This document shows, piece by piece, positions 1 through 12,184 of a stretch of DNA of 64,000 nt (positions within the stretch are counted from its first letter, which is position 1; every line of letters begins with the position of its first letter). Source of the stretch: Eledone cirrhosa (Eukaryota); the NCBI GenBank assembly GCA_964016885.1, contig OZ024741.1, forward strand, positions 270,692,001 to 270,756,000, read 5' to 3'. The notes beneath the pieces were generated by a model that was given only the letters and a program-made list of their open reading frames with translations, had not been told where the DNA came from and did not search any database. The translations under genes and the position numbers were made by a program.

Positions 1-1246
1 TTTCTTTCTTTTTCTTTCTTTCACCTCTCCTCTCTTCTCTCTTAGTAATTCTTTTACATTTTCTATCACTTCACTCATTATAAAGGGTGAGTGGGGAAAG
101 AATTTGAATGTGAGGAAATTATTGATACTCTGTATCGCCTAGACAAGCTTAAAAGGAAAGAAACCGATCGTTTGATTAGAGCAGAGAAACAACGTTTCGT
201 TGTTGTTGTTATTTTGTTAATCTTTGATAATATCTGCCGGTTACAACTCCCGACAAAAGAAACAACCTGAAATATGTTGTGATCAAGAACAGAGTGTCCT
301 GGAATCGAACTCACAACCTTACCATTGTGAATTGAACACCCGTAACTACTAGGCCACTTAAGGGAATCGTTAATAATCACACTCACACAAAATGAAAACA
401 ACGAGGTAAGTTCTGATGTTCCAGGCCCTTTTTTCTACTGCAAATCGGTAGAGCGTCTGACAAATACAACTCCTGACAGAAGGAGCAACGTAAAATAAAA
501 TGTTTTGATCCAGGAATCGAACTCATGATTCAAAAGAATGAGGTAAAATCTGATATTTAATTCCAGGTCCTTTCTACTGTAGCTTTCCTTTTCCTCTCAT
601 TTATGACATTTATAGTACTTTCTAATACTGCTTTCTTTTTCTGTATGTTTAACTAATTTATATTTGTATCAACAAGAAGTTTGCATAATTAAAAGTTTAT
701 AAAAGACATAAACGTATCTTTCGTCTGTCTTTCTTGTTCTACTTCAATTTTATTCATATTTCCATTAATTCTATGTCAAGCTTGTCTCAATTTTTAAAAT
801 TACATTTTCAACACATCTCCCCTAAATTTTCCCTGTCCTCTTTCTTTCTTTTTTCTTTCCCTATTTCTGTCTCTTTCATTCACACACTTTCTCTATTTCT
901 GCCTATTTCTTTCCAACGTTCTCTTTCGTGTATTGGCAAAGTCGGTAGAGCGTCAGACAAATGCAACTCCTGACAGAGGGAGCAACCTGAAATAAAATGT
1001 TTCGATCCAGGAATCGAACCCACGAACTTACAACTGTGAGTTAAACATCCGTAACCACAAGGCCACTTAAGGAGATTCGTTATAATCCCCCCCCCCCCCA
1101 CACCAAAAAAAAACAATGGGGTAAGTTCTGATATTTAGTTGCTGGCCCTACTGTAGCTTTCCTTACTCTTCCCACCCTTTTCCTCTCATTTATGGCATTT
1201 ATAGCACTTTCCAATACTGCTTTCTTTTTCTATATGTTTGACCAAT

Positions 1247-1625
1247 GTATGTATTGTATGGTATGTTCCCGTAACTCCTGATAGTCGTAGGGGCGCCGTA
1301 TTGACATACATACATACATGGTCCCCTAACCTCTAAGGTAGCCATTGGGGTGCCGTATTGACGTACGGCATTTCTTGGACATATCAAGTCTGGCAGAACA
1401 CATCCCTCTCCATGTCTGAATACAGCAGATTTCTTCCAGAGAAAGATAGAAAGGAAGTGAGAAAGAGATATAGAGGGAAAATCCATCTCAGTACTAGACT
1501 GGAACGTTTTTCATCGACCTGGAAAGGATGAAAGGGAAAGTTGAACTCCAGAGAGCAGAGAACCGGAACGAATAACAAACAAAGTATTCTATCCGACGTT
1601 CTAACGACTGCCAATTCACCACCTG
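1247..1625 (-). mobile_element. Diverged Meta-domain tRNA SINE with duplicated RTE-like tail
   Basis: Degenerate tcgacctggaaaggatgaaagggaaagtt (Meta core, reverse); candidate TSD TGACCAAT at 1239-1246 and 1626-1633; interrupts an array unit. Confidence 0.55.
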
Positions 1626-2649
1626 TGACCAATTTATAGTTATATCAACAATAGAAGTTTATAAAATTAACATCTAAATTTATCTTTCGTCTGTCTTTCT
1701 TGTTTTATACTTCCATTGTTTTGTTTTTGCGAATCTCCTTAAGTGACCTAGTGGTTACGGGTGTTTAACTCACAATTGTAAGTTCGCGAGTTCGACTCCT
1801 GGATCAAAACATTTTATTTCACCTTGCCCCTTCTGTTGGGAGTTGCATTTGTCTGTCGCTCTACCGACTTTGCCAATCCACGAAAGAGAACGTTGGAAAG
1901 AAAGAAAGAAAGAGACAGAAATAGAGAAAGACAGAATGAATGAAAGAAAGAGAAGATATTTAGATGACAGAGGGGGAAATAAGGGAGCTGTGTAGAAAAT
2001 GTAATAAAAATTGAGACAATCAGGACGTGAGAGAGTTGGTCATAAAATTAATTAAATTTATCTTTCGTCTTTCTTGTTCTACCTCAATTTTATAACCAAC
2101 TCTCTCACGTCCTCATTGTCTCAACATTTTCCACACATTTCCCCTCTGTCTTCTAAATGTTTTCCGCTGTCCGCTAAATTTGTTCTCTTTCTTTCTTTCT
2201 CCATTTCTGCTTCGTTCTCTCACACTATTTCCGTCCAACTTTTTCTTTCGTGGATTGGCGAAGTCGGTAGAGCATCGGAAAAATACAACTCCTGGCAGAA
2301 GGAGCAACGTGAAATAAAATGTTTTGATCCAGGAATCGAACTCACGACCTTACGATTGTTGCAGGCCCTACTGTAGCTTTCCTTACTCTTCCAACTCTTT
2401 TCCTCTTATTTATGACATTTATAGTACTTTCCAATACTGCTTTCTTTTTCTGTATGTTTAGCTAATTTATATTTAAATCAACAACAAATTTGTATAATTA
2501 AAAGTTTAAAACAATATTTACACTTATCTTTCGTCTGCCTTTCTTCTACCCCAGGTTTTATTTTATTTTCAACACATTTCTTTCTTTTTCGTGAATTTAC
2601 AAAGCCGGTTGAGCGTCCGAAAAATGCAACTTCTGACAGAAGGAACAAC

Positions 2650-2948
2650 TTCGCCCATTCATTTTTGAGAAGATCATGGGGGCAGAGTTCTCAAACATTC
2701 CCTCCAGCGGGTCCTCTCAGAAGCAATCGTCTCCAACTGATCCGGTTGGACCCCAAGTATGACCAACCAAGCTCATGGATATTATCCAACCATCTTGCTC
2801 GGGTTCTACCCCTGGGTCTCCTCTACCTGTTGGTTTTGGCCGTTAAATCTGTCCAGTGATTCTTTCCTGAGACATTTTAACCATATGTCCATAGTATCGG
2901 AGCTGTGATATTTCAATTCGGAGAAGTAGCAGCTCTAGCTGGAGTGAC
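2650..2948 (-). mobile_element. 3' fragment of an RTE-type LINE (GAA-tail family)
   Basis: Reverse strand reads ..SQLRYYGHMVKM..; homologous to the copies at 3576, 4298 and 5560. Confidence 0.6.
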
Positions 2949-3168
2949 AGAAGGAATAACGTGAAATAAAATGTTTTGATCCAAGAATCGAACTCAAGAA
3001 CTTACCATTTTGAGTTAAACACTCGTAACTACTAGACCACTTAAGGAAATTTGCAAAGAAAAAAACAACCCAAATCAATAAGAAAAATTATAAAAATAAT
3101 ACATTCAAACTTATCTTTCGTCTATCTTGTTCTACCTCAGTTTTATTCATACTTGTACAATATATATA

Positions 3169-3495
3169 CAGTGTACAACCGGCATTTGTGGTCCCGGTTA
3201 TTCGCGGAATTTTCCTTAGAACCTATCTAATAATTGTTCGTGGAAATCACCACATATTCTCGGAATCGTAGATATCTTCCACGATTTTTTCATGGCTGTT
3301 TTCGTGGCAATATATATTGTTTCACGCTTTTTGATGCTAAATTATTAATAACAATATATCGTACTTGCTGGCCTATATTTTACGTTATATTTTAACGTTT
3401 ATAAGCATTGTTATGGACCGCTTCAATATTCACGGTTTTTCACTCCTCGCGGGTACTCTAGGAACGTAACCCCCGCGAATACCGGGGGACAACTG
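3169..3495. mobile_element. pogo/Tigger-like MITE
   Basis: TA|CAGTGTACAACCGGCATT ... GAATACCGGGGGACAACTG|TA: imperfect TIRs, TA flanks. Confidence 0.6.
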
Positions 3496-3575
3496 TATTC
3501 CATAACACATACATTTTCTTATTCGTCCACTCTCACTTTTAATCTACTCCACAAACTCTCCCTCTCTCTCTCTCT

Positions 3576-3975
3576 CTTCTTCTTCGCCCACTTATTCCTG
3601 AGAGGGTCGTTGGGGCAGAGTCCCCAAACACTCCTTCCAGCGGGTCCTGCCAGAAGCAACCGTCTCCAACTGATCCGGTTGGATCCCTAAGCAAGACCAG
3701 CCAAGCTCATGGATGTTATTCAACCATCTTGCTCGGAGTCTACTTCTGGGTCTCCTGCCGGTTGGTTTTGCCCGTAAAATCTCTCCAGTGATTCTTCCCT
3801 ACGTCATTCTAACCACATGTCCACAGTATCGGAGCTGTGATCTCTCAATTCGGAGAAGTAGCGGCTCTACCTGGAGTGACTCTCTGAACTCCGAGGTACA
3901 CACTCTATCGAGTAACGTTACTCCTAAGATTCTTCGGAGGGACCCCATTTCGGCTACTTGAATTCAGATCGTTTT
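3576..3975 (-). mobile_element. 3' fragment of an RTE-type LINE with (GAA)n tail
   Basis: Reverse translation IERSQLRYCGHVVRM*..KPTGRRPRSR..RWLNNI; 3' motif GCCCCAACGACC followed by GAAGAAGAAG. Confidence 0.7.
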
Positions 3976-4297
3976 CTGACTCTAAATTTATTATTCTCTG
4001 CTTTTCTTTCTCTCATTCATTACTTTTTTTCCCATAACATACTAAACTGCCAACTTAAGATCCATGTATATTTATATTCTCTCATTGTCTCTGTGTTGTC
4101 CGTGACTGAGAGACAACTTAACTATTTAATAGGTTCAGTCTGTTATTAGGAGCATCTCTCCGTTATAAACAGTGAAGTGGGGTGCGTGGGCTTTAGTGTC
4201 TCGTTAGCTTTCAGTGCCCAGTTCTACTAAGGGTTTTTTCTTCTTCTCCCCCCCCCCCTTCTTTTTTATCTCTTCCTTCCCCTTCTCCTCCTCCCCC

Positions 4298-4512
4298 TCT
4301 TCTTCTTGGGAGGGTTGTTGGGGCAGAGTCCTCAAACACTCCTTTCCAGCGGGTCCTGTCAGAAGCAATCGTCTCCAATTGCTCCCGCTGGATCCCCCGT
4401 GACCTGACCAGACGAACCCAACCATCTTGCTCGTGGTTTACCCCTGGATCCTGGCTCTCATGTCCGTTTTCTGCTTTGCTTTTAAAATCTGTCCAGCTAT
4501 TCTTTCCTACCC
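4298..4512 (-). mobile_element. 3' fragment of the same RTE-type LINE
   Basis: gagggttgttggggcagagtcctcaaacactcc matches the 3576 copy. Confidence 0.6.
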
Positions 4513-4853
4513 TAACGCACAATATGAAAGTGCTCAAATGACACAGTAAGTACAAGAATCACCACCAATTTGTTTTTGCTGTTTTATTTATTCCTTCTTA
4601 TACAGGGGGCGGTGGAAGCATTTCTGATGAATTTATTTCTAGTGATTAGTTTAACTGTTATTTTCAAATATCAACCAAGATATTAAAAAAAACAACTTCG
4701 ATATGCGATAAACATAACGTACATAAATTGTAGCCCATATACAAATAGATGTTTTGGTAGTTTGAGGAGAAAAATATAGCCCCTCCCCCCTTCTACAGTT
4801 ATGTTCTAAACACCAATAAAGTTAGTGTGTATGTGTGTGTATGCATGTATGTA

Positions 4854-5328
4854 TTCTCAGGTCTCGAATAATCGCCCCCTCCCCGCCCCTCCCCGCTTAT
4901 TAATTTTTCAGATTTATTCCACCCCACCCCCCTCGCTTATTAAATTTTGCTAATCTTCGGCGAAATTTTTCTCTGTACATTAAAATACATGACAAAAAAA
5001 AGAAACATTACTAGAATCCCACACGTTAAAAAATAAATAGGATGGGTTGAAGTCTCAATAAGTAAACTAAACAACTAATTCGTTGTTTTTTTTTAAATCA
5101 AGAGACAACAGAAAAATTACTGATTTTCCACCGCCGTTCCCCCGTTTATTTCACCCAGGGCCGTCTTAACAGCATTATAGGCCCCCGGGCAAAGCAGAGC
5201 ACTGGGGCCCCTACCTACACAACCACTCACAGGAATAAAAATACAAATGGGGCCCCCGGGCAACTGCTCAGCGTGCCCGTGCGTTAAGACAGCCCTGATT
5301 TCACCCCCTATTATTGGGGACCCGAGAG
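4854..5328. mobile_element. TA-flanked MITE (Tc1/mariner-pogo type) inserted in (TATG)n
   Basis: TIRs TTCTCAGGTCTCGAATAAT and ATTATTGGGGACCCGAGAG (15/19 match); TA at 4852-53 and 5329-30. Confidence 0.6.
5156..5297. mobile_element. 142-bp hAT (Tip100-like) MITE
   Basis: TIR CAGGGCCGTCTTAAC / GTTAAGACAGCCCTG; perfect 8-bp TSD ATTTCACC at 5148-5155 and 5298-5305. Confidence 0.9.
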
Positions 5329-5559
5329 TATGTATGTATGTGTGTGTGTGTATTAATATATATGTATGTGACGTCCGAACTAGTATTCTCCACCTCCAGC
5401 TATCTTACTCTCCGTCTCTTTGTCCCGACCGAAAGGATGGCGAGGGAGACACGCCCGAACACTCATTCTACCTCGCCGAGTTCGCTCCTACGGCCTACAT
5501 CACTTTTGAACATTTTTTTACTCGGCTCCCACAACCTTTTTTATTTTTATTTTTTTAAT

Positions 5560-5965
5560 TTCTTCTTCATCCACTTATTCCTGAGAGGGTCGTTGTGGCA
5601 GTCTTCAAACACTCTTTCCAGTCTGTCAGAGGCAACCGTCTCCAATTGATTCAGCTGAATCCACAAGCGAGACCAGCCAAGATCATGGATGTTACCCAAT
5701 CATCTTGCTAGGGTTCTACCCTTGGGTCTCCTGCCGGTTGGTTTTGCCCGTAAAATCGGTCGAGTAGCGGCTCTACCTAGAGTAATTCTCTGATCTCTGA
5801 GCTACACACTCTATCAAATAATATTACTCCATAGACCCTTCGGAGGAATCCCATTTCAACTGCTTGTATGCGTGATCGTATTCTTTCGGTTATTATTCAA
5901 GATCCATGACCATAGGTAAAGATTGGCACGAATACCGAATTGAAGATGGCGAGTTTTGGCTTTCA
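5560..5965 (-). mobile_element. 3' fragment of the RTE-type LINE (GAA tail)
   Basis: cttcttcatccacttattcctgagagggtcgtt matches the 3576 copy; reverse strand encodes YGHGSW-like motif. Confidence 0.65.
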
Positions 5966-6016
5966 CGTCCACCTTCGCCTCAAGAACTTTTTTCGTATTC
6001 GTTTCATTCTGTCATA

Positions 6017-6160
6017 GGCAGCGAATTGGCAGTCATTTGAATGTCAGACGGAATGATTTGTAGTAATCTTGAGTTCAAATCACGCCGAGGGTTAACTTTG
6101 CCTTTCATCCTTTCACGATCGATAAAATATAAGAACAAGTCCAGTCCAGTTCAATACTAG
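6017..6160 (+). mobile_element. Meta-domain tRNA SINE fragment
   Basis: gagttcaaatc (box B) followed by actttgcctttcatcctttc..gataaaat (Meta core). Confidence 0.7.
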
Positions 6161-6321
6161 GTCGATTCTTCCTTTGTATCTCTTTCTCACTGACTCTCAT
6201 TCTCTAGAAAAAATAAGAGACTGTTCAAATATGGAGAGATGGGCTCTGCCAGGTTTTAAAACATTAGACAAGAACCGCCGTATGTCGCTATAGTGGCCTT
6301 ATAATACAATCAACTTACTGG

Positions 6322-7180
6322 TACATACATACATACATACATATAGACACACATACGTACATATATACACATATGTACATATAGACACACATACGTACAT
6401 ATATACACATACGTACATACATACATAGACACACACACATACATAGACACACATACGCACATATATAGACACATACGCACATATATACATACATAGACAC
6501 ATACACATACATAGACACACACATACATACATAGACACATACAGACAGACATACATACATATACACATACATAGACACACATACATATATACATACATAG
6601 ACACATACAAACGTAGACATACACACATACATAGACATACATACATACATAGACACTCACATATACATAGACATACATACATATATATATGCATAGACAC
6701 ATACATATATACATACATAGACATACATACATATATACATACATAGACATACATACATATATACATGCATAGACACACATAGATACATAGACATACATAC
6801 ATACATAGACATACATACATAGACATATACACATACATAGACATATATATATACATACATAGACACATACATACATAGACACACATACATATACACATAC
6901 ATAGACACACCACACACACATAGATAGACATACATATATAGACACATACATATACATATACATACATAGACACATATATACATACATAGACATGCATACA
7001 TATATACATACATAGACATAGACATACGTACATACACACACACATACATAGACACACACACATACATACATAGACACACATATATACATAGACATACGTA
7101 CATACACAGACACATACATAGACACACACACATATATCAATACATACATAGACATACATACATACAGAGACATACATACA
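6322..7180. repeat. Compound (ACAT/ATAGAC/AC)n microsatellite
   Basis: Directly visible; source of the spurious MYVC-rich ORFs. Confidence 0.95.
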
Positions 7181-7242
7181 ATCCTGTTAAGGGATCAACA
7201 AGATCCAAACAACTTTCCTTCACTTATTATCATCGACAATAT

Positions 7243-7460
7243 ACTGAGGAGAAGGGGGGGGGGGCTGAAAAGTTCATAGGCTGACTATGAAGGAGTGATG
7301 TTAGAGCTGTGAAACCTTGCATGCATTAATTTCAACTTTTATTTTTAATAACTGCATTGTTTCTTTCCAGGGACTATGTTGAAGAAAGAAAAAAAAAACC
7401 TCATTTAGTCATTCCATGAGAGTATCTCGGTCAGCCTTTGAACTTTTCAGCTGACCCTCG
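7243..7460. mobile_element. mariner-type MITE
   Basis: gctgaaaagttcataggctgac ... gtcagcctttgaacttttcagc-tgaccctcg|TA; related deleted copy at 16015-16141. Confidence 0.65.
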
Positions 7461-7595
7461 TATATAATATATATATATATATGTGTATGTGTATATCTAT
7501 ATATCTATATATTATATATTTTTTTTAATTTTTAAATTCTAATTAAATAGCTCTGTTCTATACATAGAGCACTCTTTTTTCCTTTGGAATTACGT

Positions 7596-7628
<33 letters not shown>

Positions 7629-7630
<2 letters not shown>

Positions 7631-7823
7631 CGAAGGAATTGTGGTAAGGAACCAGATGGACCATAACGCACCAGAGTACTCAATACTTAGGGTAGTAGAG
7701 TGGGTAATAGGAAAAAAGTATGACCCCGATGGCATTGCTCAAGCCATTTCGACGGCTATTTCTGGTCCAGAAATAGCCGTCGAAACGGCTTGAGCTCTGC
7801 CGTCGGGGTCATACTTTTTCCTA
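7629..7823 (-). mobile_element. Palindromic short element (family P) between (AT)n tracts
   Basis: Inverted repeat 7708-7823 centred at 7766, plus unique tail; related copies at 15240, 17741, 41810 and 58211. Confidence 0.8.
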
Positions 7824-8059
7824 TATATATATAAAAATATGCTGGAATGCGAAAATAAACAACAACTATACAGCTAATAACTCTGAGTATAGAAATAACA
7901 GCTATAATAATAATAGTCATAACAATAGCAGAAGAGTGAGAAATAGTAATAATATTAGTGGTAATAATATTAACGATAGACAGAATAACAACAACAACCA
8001 CAATAATAATAATGGAAACATTAACGACAGACATAACAACCACAACCACAGTAGTAATA

Positions 8060-8236
8060 ATTGTTTCTACTTTAGGCACAAGGCCAGCAATTACCCAGTG
8101 CATTACTGGTACTTTATTTTATCGACCCCGTAAGGATGAAAGGCAAAGTTAACCTCGGCAGGATTTGAACTCAGTCCGTAAAGGGACGTAACTATGCTGC
8201 AAAGCGTCCGACCCTCTACCGATACTGCCAATCCAC
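8060..8236 (-). mobile_element. Meta-domain tRNA SINE
   Basis: ggcacaaggcc..ttatcgaccccgtaaggatgaaaggcaaagtt..gatttgaactc within AAT/AAC-rich sequence. Confidence 0.85.
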
Positions 8237-8381
8237 AGTAGTAATAATGGAAATAATACGAGTAGCAACATTAATGGTAGAGACAACAACAACAACAACA
8301 AGAAACATAATAATAATGGTAACAACTACAATAACAATAGAGAAAACAACAGCAATACATCTAGCAATCATAACAATAATA

Positions 8382-8570
8382 ATTGTTTCTACTTTTGGCA
8401 CAAGGCCAGCAATTATCCCAGTGTATTACTGGTACTTTATTTTATCGACCCCCGTAAGGATGAAAGGCAAAGTTAACCTCGGCGGGATTTGAACTCAGAC
8501 CGTAAAGGGACGTAACTGTACTGCAAAGCATGGCGTCCGACCCTCTAACGATACTGCCAATCCACCGCCC
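8382..8570 (-). mobile_element. Meta-domain tRNA SINE (near full length)
   Basis: Same motifs as 8060; ends gccaatccaccgccc (SINE 5' end, reverse). Confidence 0.85.
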
Positions 8571-8619
8571 GTAATAATAATAGCAATACACACAACTATG
8601 ACGATAGACATAATGACAA

Positions 8620-10900
8620 CCCCTTAGAGAAACTATTCTTCAATCCAGCTGACAAATCATATCAGATGGGCAATATCTATCCTACGAGGTTACCCTTTAA
8701 TAAAAGTGTGTTTGTATACCACAACAAATAGATGACGAGACAGAGGCACAGTTCACTATAGCTAGAAATAAGATTAGACATATAGTAGACCGATATACTA
8801 AGAGACAAAGCAGAACAGAGGTCCAACAACTTGGAAGGAAACCTGTAGAAGGCTTAGTTAGCCTCAAGCAGCGTACAAGGGATGGTGAGGTAGTATGTCT
8901 ACCCACGGATAAGTCTGTCAATAGACAGCATACCGAACTACATCAAGGCTATGCAATCCCACATCACCAACACGAGCGAAATTACACAGCAAATACATGA
9001 GAGGAGAGAGAAGATCCTCAACGCTCACATGATGATGTGGACCGACATCCTAAAGCCAAGCAGACGCACTGCCAACAACTTCCAGGCATCTAACAATGAC
9101 ATACCACCCTTGTATGGGCTCCGCAAAGACCATAAGACAGTCGACGACCCGACAACAGGATGACCAACAAGACCTGTATGCGGAGCCAATATTGCTAGCA
9201 ACTACAGGATCTCCTACTTCCTCTCAATGGTTATACGCCCCATAATCAAGATGTCCCCAGATGTATGTGACTTCAGAGGACCTCCTCAACAAAAACAAAA
9301 CAAAAACAAAAACCTATCTAACTGCATAATAGGCAGTATGGACGTGGTATCACGACACCCATCCATTAACATTGATTTTGCTGTGGAAAAATGTGTGGAG
9401 ATGATCAGTGAGAGTGAGGTGGAGTTCTGCGACGTCGACACAGACGAACTGGGCCTCCTACTTTGACTTACCTACGACACTGACTACCTAGACAGCCATG
9501 ACCTTAGCCGTTTCTGCCCTAGTAGACCCATAAGAGGTAGAGCCCCCACCATAACCTCCATGGGAAGGTGGATTGGGTGGACCAAAGCCATACGGACCCC
9601 AAAAAACAACGATCAGGTAAGAAAAATGGTCGCACATGCAATAGGGTCTAGTATCAAAACTACCCTAAAGGGCCACATATTCAAATTCAATGAGAAGATC
9701 TACACCCAAAATGAAGGAGCAGCCATTGGCGTCAGCATAGCTGGTGACGTTGCCAACCTTTTTATGGTATGGTGGGAAAGGAGACTCAAAGATATAGTAA
9801 TAAGGACACCCCCACAAGAGAGTACTAACAAGTATGATTTAGAATGTAGCACAATGGAAGGCATATAGCAGATAGCTAATTCCATACACCAGAGTATAAC
9901 TAACTATCGACTACCCTAACAGTAGACTACTTGTATTAGACATGGAACTCTGGATTTACACTATAGACGAGAGGGCCCAAATTCTCCACTCACACTACGT
10001 TAAACCCATAGCCTCCAAATACCTGATACTCAAAAACTCAGCAATGTCCAGTAGTGCTAAGTTTAATATTCTGATCGCAGACTTGGTATGAGTGATGAAG
10101 AACATGTCCCGCATGTGCGACCCAACAAAAATGGAAAGACACATCCAACACTTCATCAACCTCATGCAGTTCTCTGGCTACAACCAAAGAGACAGAATCA
10201 GAGTATATGAAGGAGCCACGGAGAAGTATAAGACCCTCGTAGAACTGGACATGAAAGGAATTTGCCCATTATACAGGAGAAAATCATGGAATAGCTTAGA
10301 TAGGACTAAACATAAGATAGGGAAAGCCACCTCATGGTACGACAACCAGAGATACCAGAGTGTCATGTTCGTGGACGCTACCCCTGGAGGGAAATTAGCT
10401 AACCAGTGTAGAAAGACCGACTTAAAGATTAAGGTGATAGAAAAGTCAGGAACTACCATAAAATCCCTGATCAGCAAAACCTACCCTTTTAAGAAAACCC
10501 ACTGTACCAATAGGAAATGTATCGTATGTAAGGTAAACCCCCGGATAAACTGTAAAACTAGAAACGTAGTCTATAGCATAAGATGTACAGAGGGTTCTTG
10601 CAGAAACATGACAACAACATACATAGGTGAGACAGCTCGTAGCATAGGTGAAAGGATAGACCAACACTGGGGGGGAACTAAAAGGACGAAAAAACGGTTC
10701 AGTACTATACGAACATGCCAGACAACAACATGACAGTAAGATAGACAACATAGAAATTAAAATAATATCTAAACATAGAAATGACCCAGCCGATAGGAAA
10801 ATCAGAGAGGCAAGTGAAATAGAACTTAGAAGGCCAAAGCTAAACAGAAAAAATGAATGGAATAACAAGACCCAAACAAACAATACTGACCTAAGAGAAA
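8620..10900 (+). pseudogene. Decayed Penelope-like retroelement: RT plus C-terminal GIY-YIG endonuclease
   Basis: Fragments LYGLRKDHK, *PTRPVCGA, GSMDVVS..PSI, IFKFNEKIYTQNEGAAIG, and CxxC..CKTRNVVYSIRC..YIGETARSIGERIDQH; stops and frameshifts present. Confidence 0.9.
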
Positions 10901-10989
10901 TATAAATAAATAAATAAATATATACACAAGCACAATAACAACAAACACATATACACACACTAGTAAACTAAACTAAGATAGAATACAAT

Positions 10990-11362
10990 AACACACGACC
11001 GTGACTTCTGGCGTCACGCAGTAATACAGGGTACCCGACCTCCCATGGGTACATGCTGAAGCATATAAACAATATGCCCCCCCCCCCCCCACCGCAAGGT
11101 GGCCGTGGAGGTGCCACGGCAAAAAAGCACCCAGCCCACACTGTAAAGTGGACGTGTAGGCGCCACGAAAAAGCACCCAGCACTCACTGTAAATGAGGTT
11201 GGTGTTAGGAAGGGCATCCAGCTGTAGAAATCAAGCCAGATCAGTTCCTGTATGAGCAAGGCATGGTCAGCCGACCAGACACTGCCCACAACAGGACAAC
11301 CCGTCTAACCCATGCTAGCGTGGAAGAACGGACGTAAAACGGTGATGATGATGATGATGATG
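10990..11362 (+). mobile_element. RTE LINE 3' end with (GAT)n tail inserted in the PLE 3' region
   Basis: Near-identical to 20505-20870 and 53790-54162; ggttggtgttaggaagggcatccagctgtagaaa motif. Confidence 0.85.
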
Positions 11363-11501
11363 AAAACACAGTCACCCAAATGCGAACGCACACCAAACAC
11401 TATACACACACGCAAACGCATGCACAGAGAAGAAGACAAAAATAAATAAATAAACATTAAATATAAATGGCGTAGATATGCAATACAACAGGGGGAACAT
11501 A

Positions 11502-11550
11502 ATAGCACCACTGACGATGTTGCAGATGTGCAATGAAAGAACTGTGTTAG
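11502..11550 (+). ncRNA. Degenerate minimal hammerhead ribozyme in the PLE 3' region
   Basis: tagcacca-CTGACGA-t-gttgca/gatg/tgcaat-GAAA-gaact-gtgtta; cleavage triplet damaged; homologous position to the HHR at 33583. Confidence 0.45.
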
Positions 11551-11857
11551 ATTATATATATGTGTTTGTGTCTATATTATATCTGTATTATTTTACCTTT
11601 GGTCAAACATTGAGGACCAAATAAATTAACTGATATAAAAGATACAGAAGCGAAAACCAACCAAACAGTGAGTATGTTCTGTTATTAATTCTGGTAATAT
11701 TTGTTTCGACACACGATTTCATATAAAAAACCTCGCAAAATATGTGAATATCTATATCTATATGTATATCTATCTATCTATATATGTATATATAGATATA
11801 GATATACATATATATATATATAAAATTAGAATTGGTGCTCTGAAATAGCAATATATA

Positions 11858-12184
11858 TATATGAATGTGTATATAGTGTATTTTGCAATACACTGTATGC
11901 TTAATTAAAAGCATTTTGAAGACTTTACGCTATTGTTTTAAAGTAGTGACAATGCCACTTACTTCTATGTTCAGCAAACAAGGGGAGATAAGCTGACAGA
12001 GCTCTGTTTCGTACTTGTTGGTACTTATCAAAGCTCAGCACTCCTGTCTGCTGAAAATTATGAATGTTGGATTCTTATAGAATTCCAGTAATAATCAGGA
12101 ACTGATTATACAGAGCGGTTGCCAGTTCAGCAAAAATTGAAAATTAGAATTGGTGCTCTGAAATAGCGATATATATATGAATGT
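11858..12184 (-). mobile_element. HHR-bearing pLTR-like element (family B), copy 1
   Basis: ~190 bp near-identical to 14355-14550; adjoins (AT)n. Confidence 0.7.
11970..12055 (-). ncRNA. Type I hammerhead ribozyme with U3:A8 variant core
   Basis: Minus strand: tgagct-TTGATAA-gtac/caacaa/gtac-GAAA-cagagctctg-TC-agctta; stem I extends (ggag/ctcc, ttcagcagaca/tgtttgctgaa). Confidence 0.75.

Larger units (their letters stand above)
210..3150. repeat. Local array of diverged ~0.5-0.6 kb units with a tRNA-like (Pol III box A/B) head, in both orientations
   Basis: Head GTG(A/G)CCTAGTGGTTACGGGTGTTTAACTCACAATTGTAAGTTCGCGAGTTCGACTCC at ~1743-1800 (+). Reverse copies at ~297-358, ~1005-1067 and ~2980-3040; partial copies at ~508 and ~2327. 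Shared flanks (gtcggtagagcgtc..., ctgtagctttcc...) recur. Confidence 0.65.

Noticed and set aside
1743-1805. Functional tRNA gene
   Set aside because: Box A/B present but no convincing acceptor stem; copies are diverged and embedded in a longer repeat
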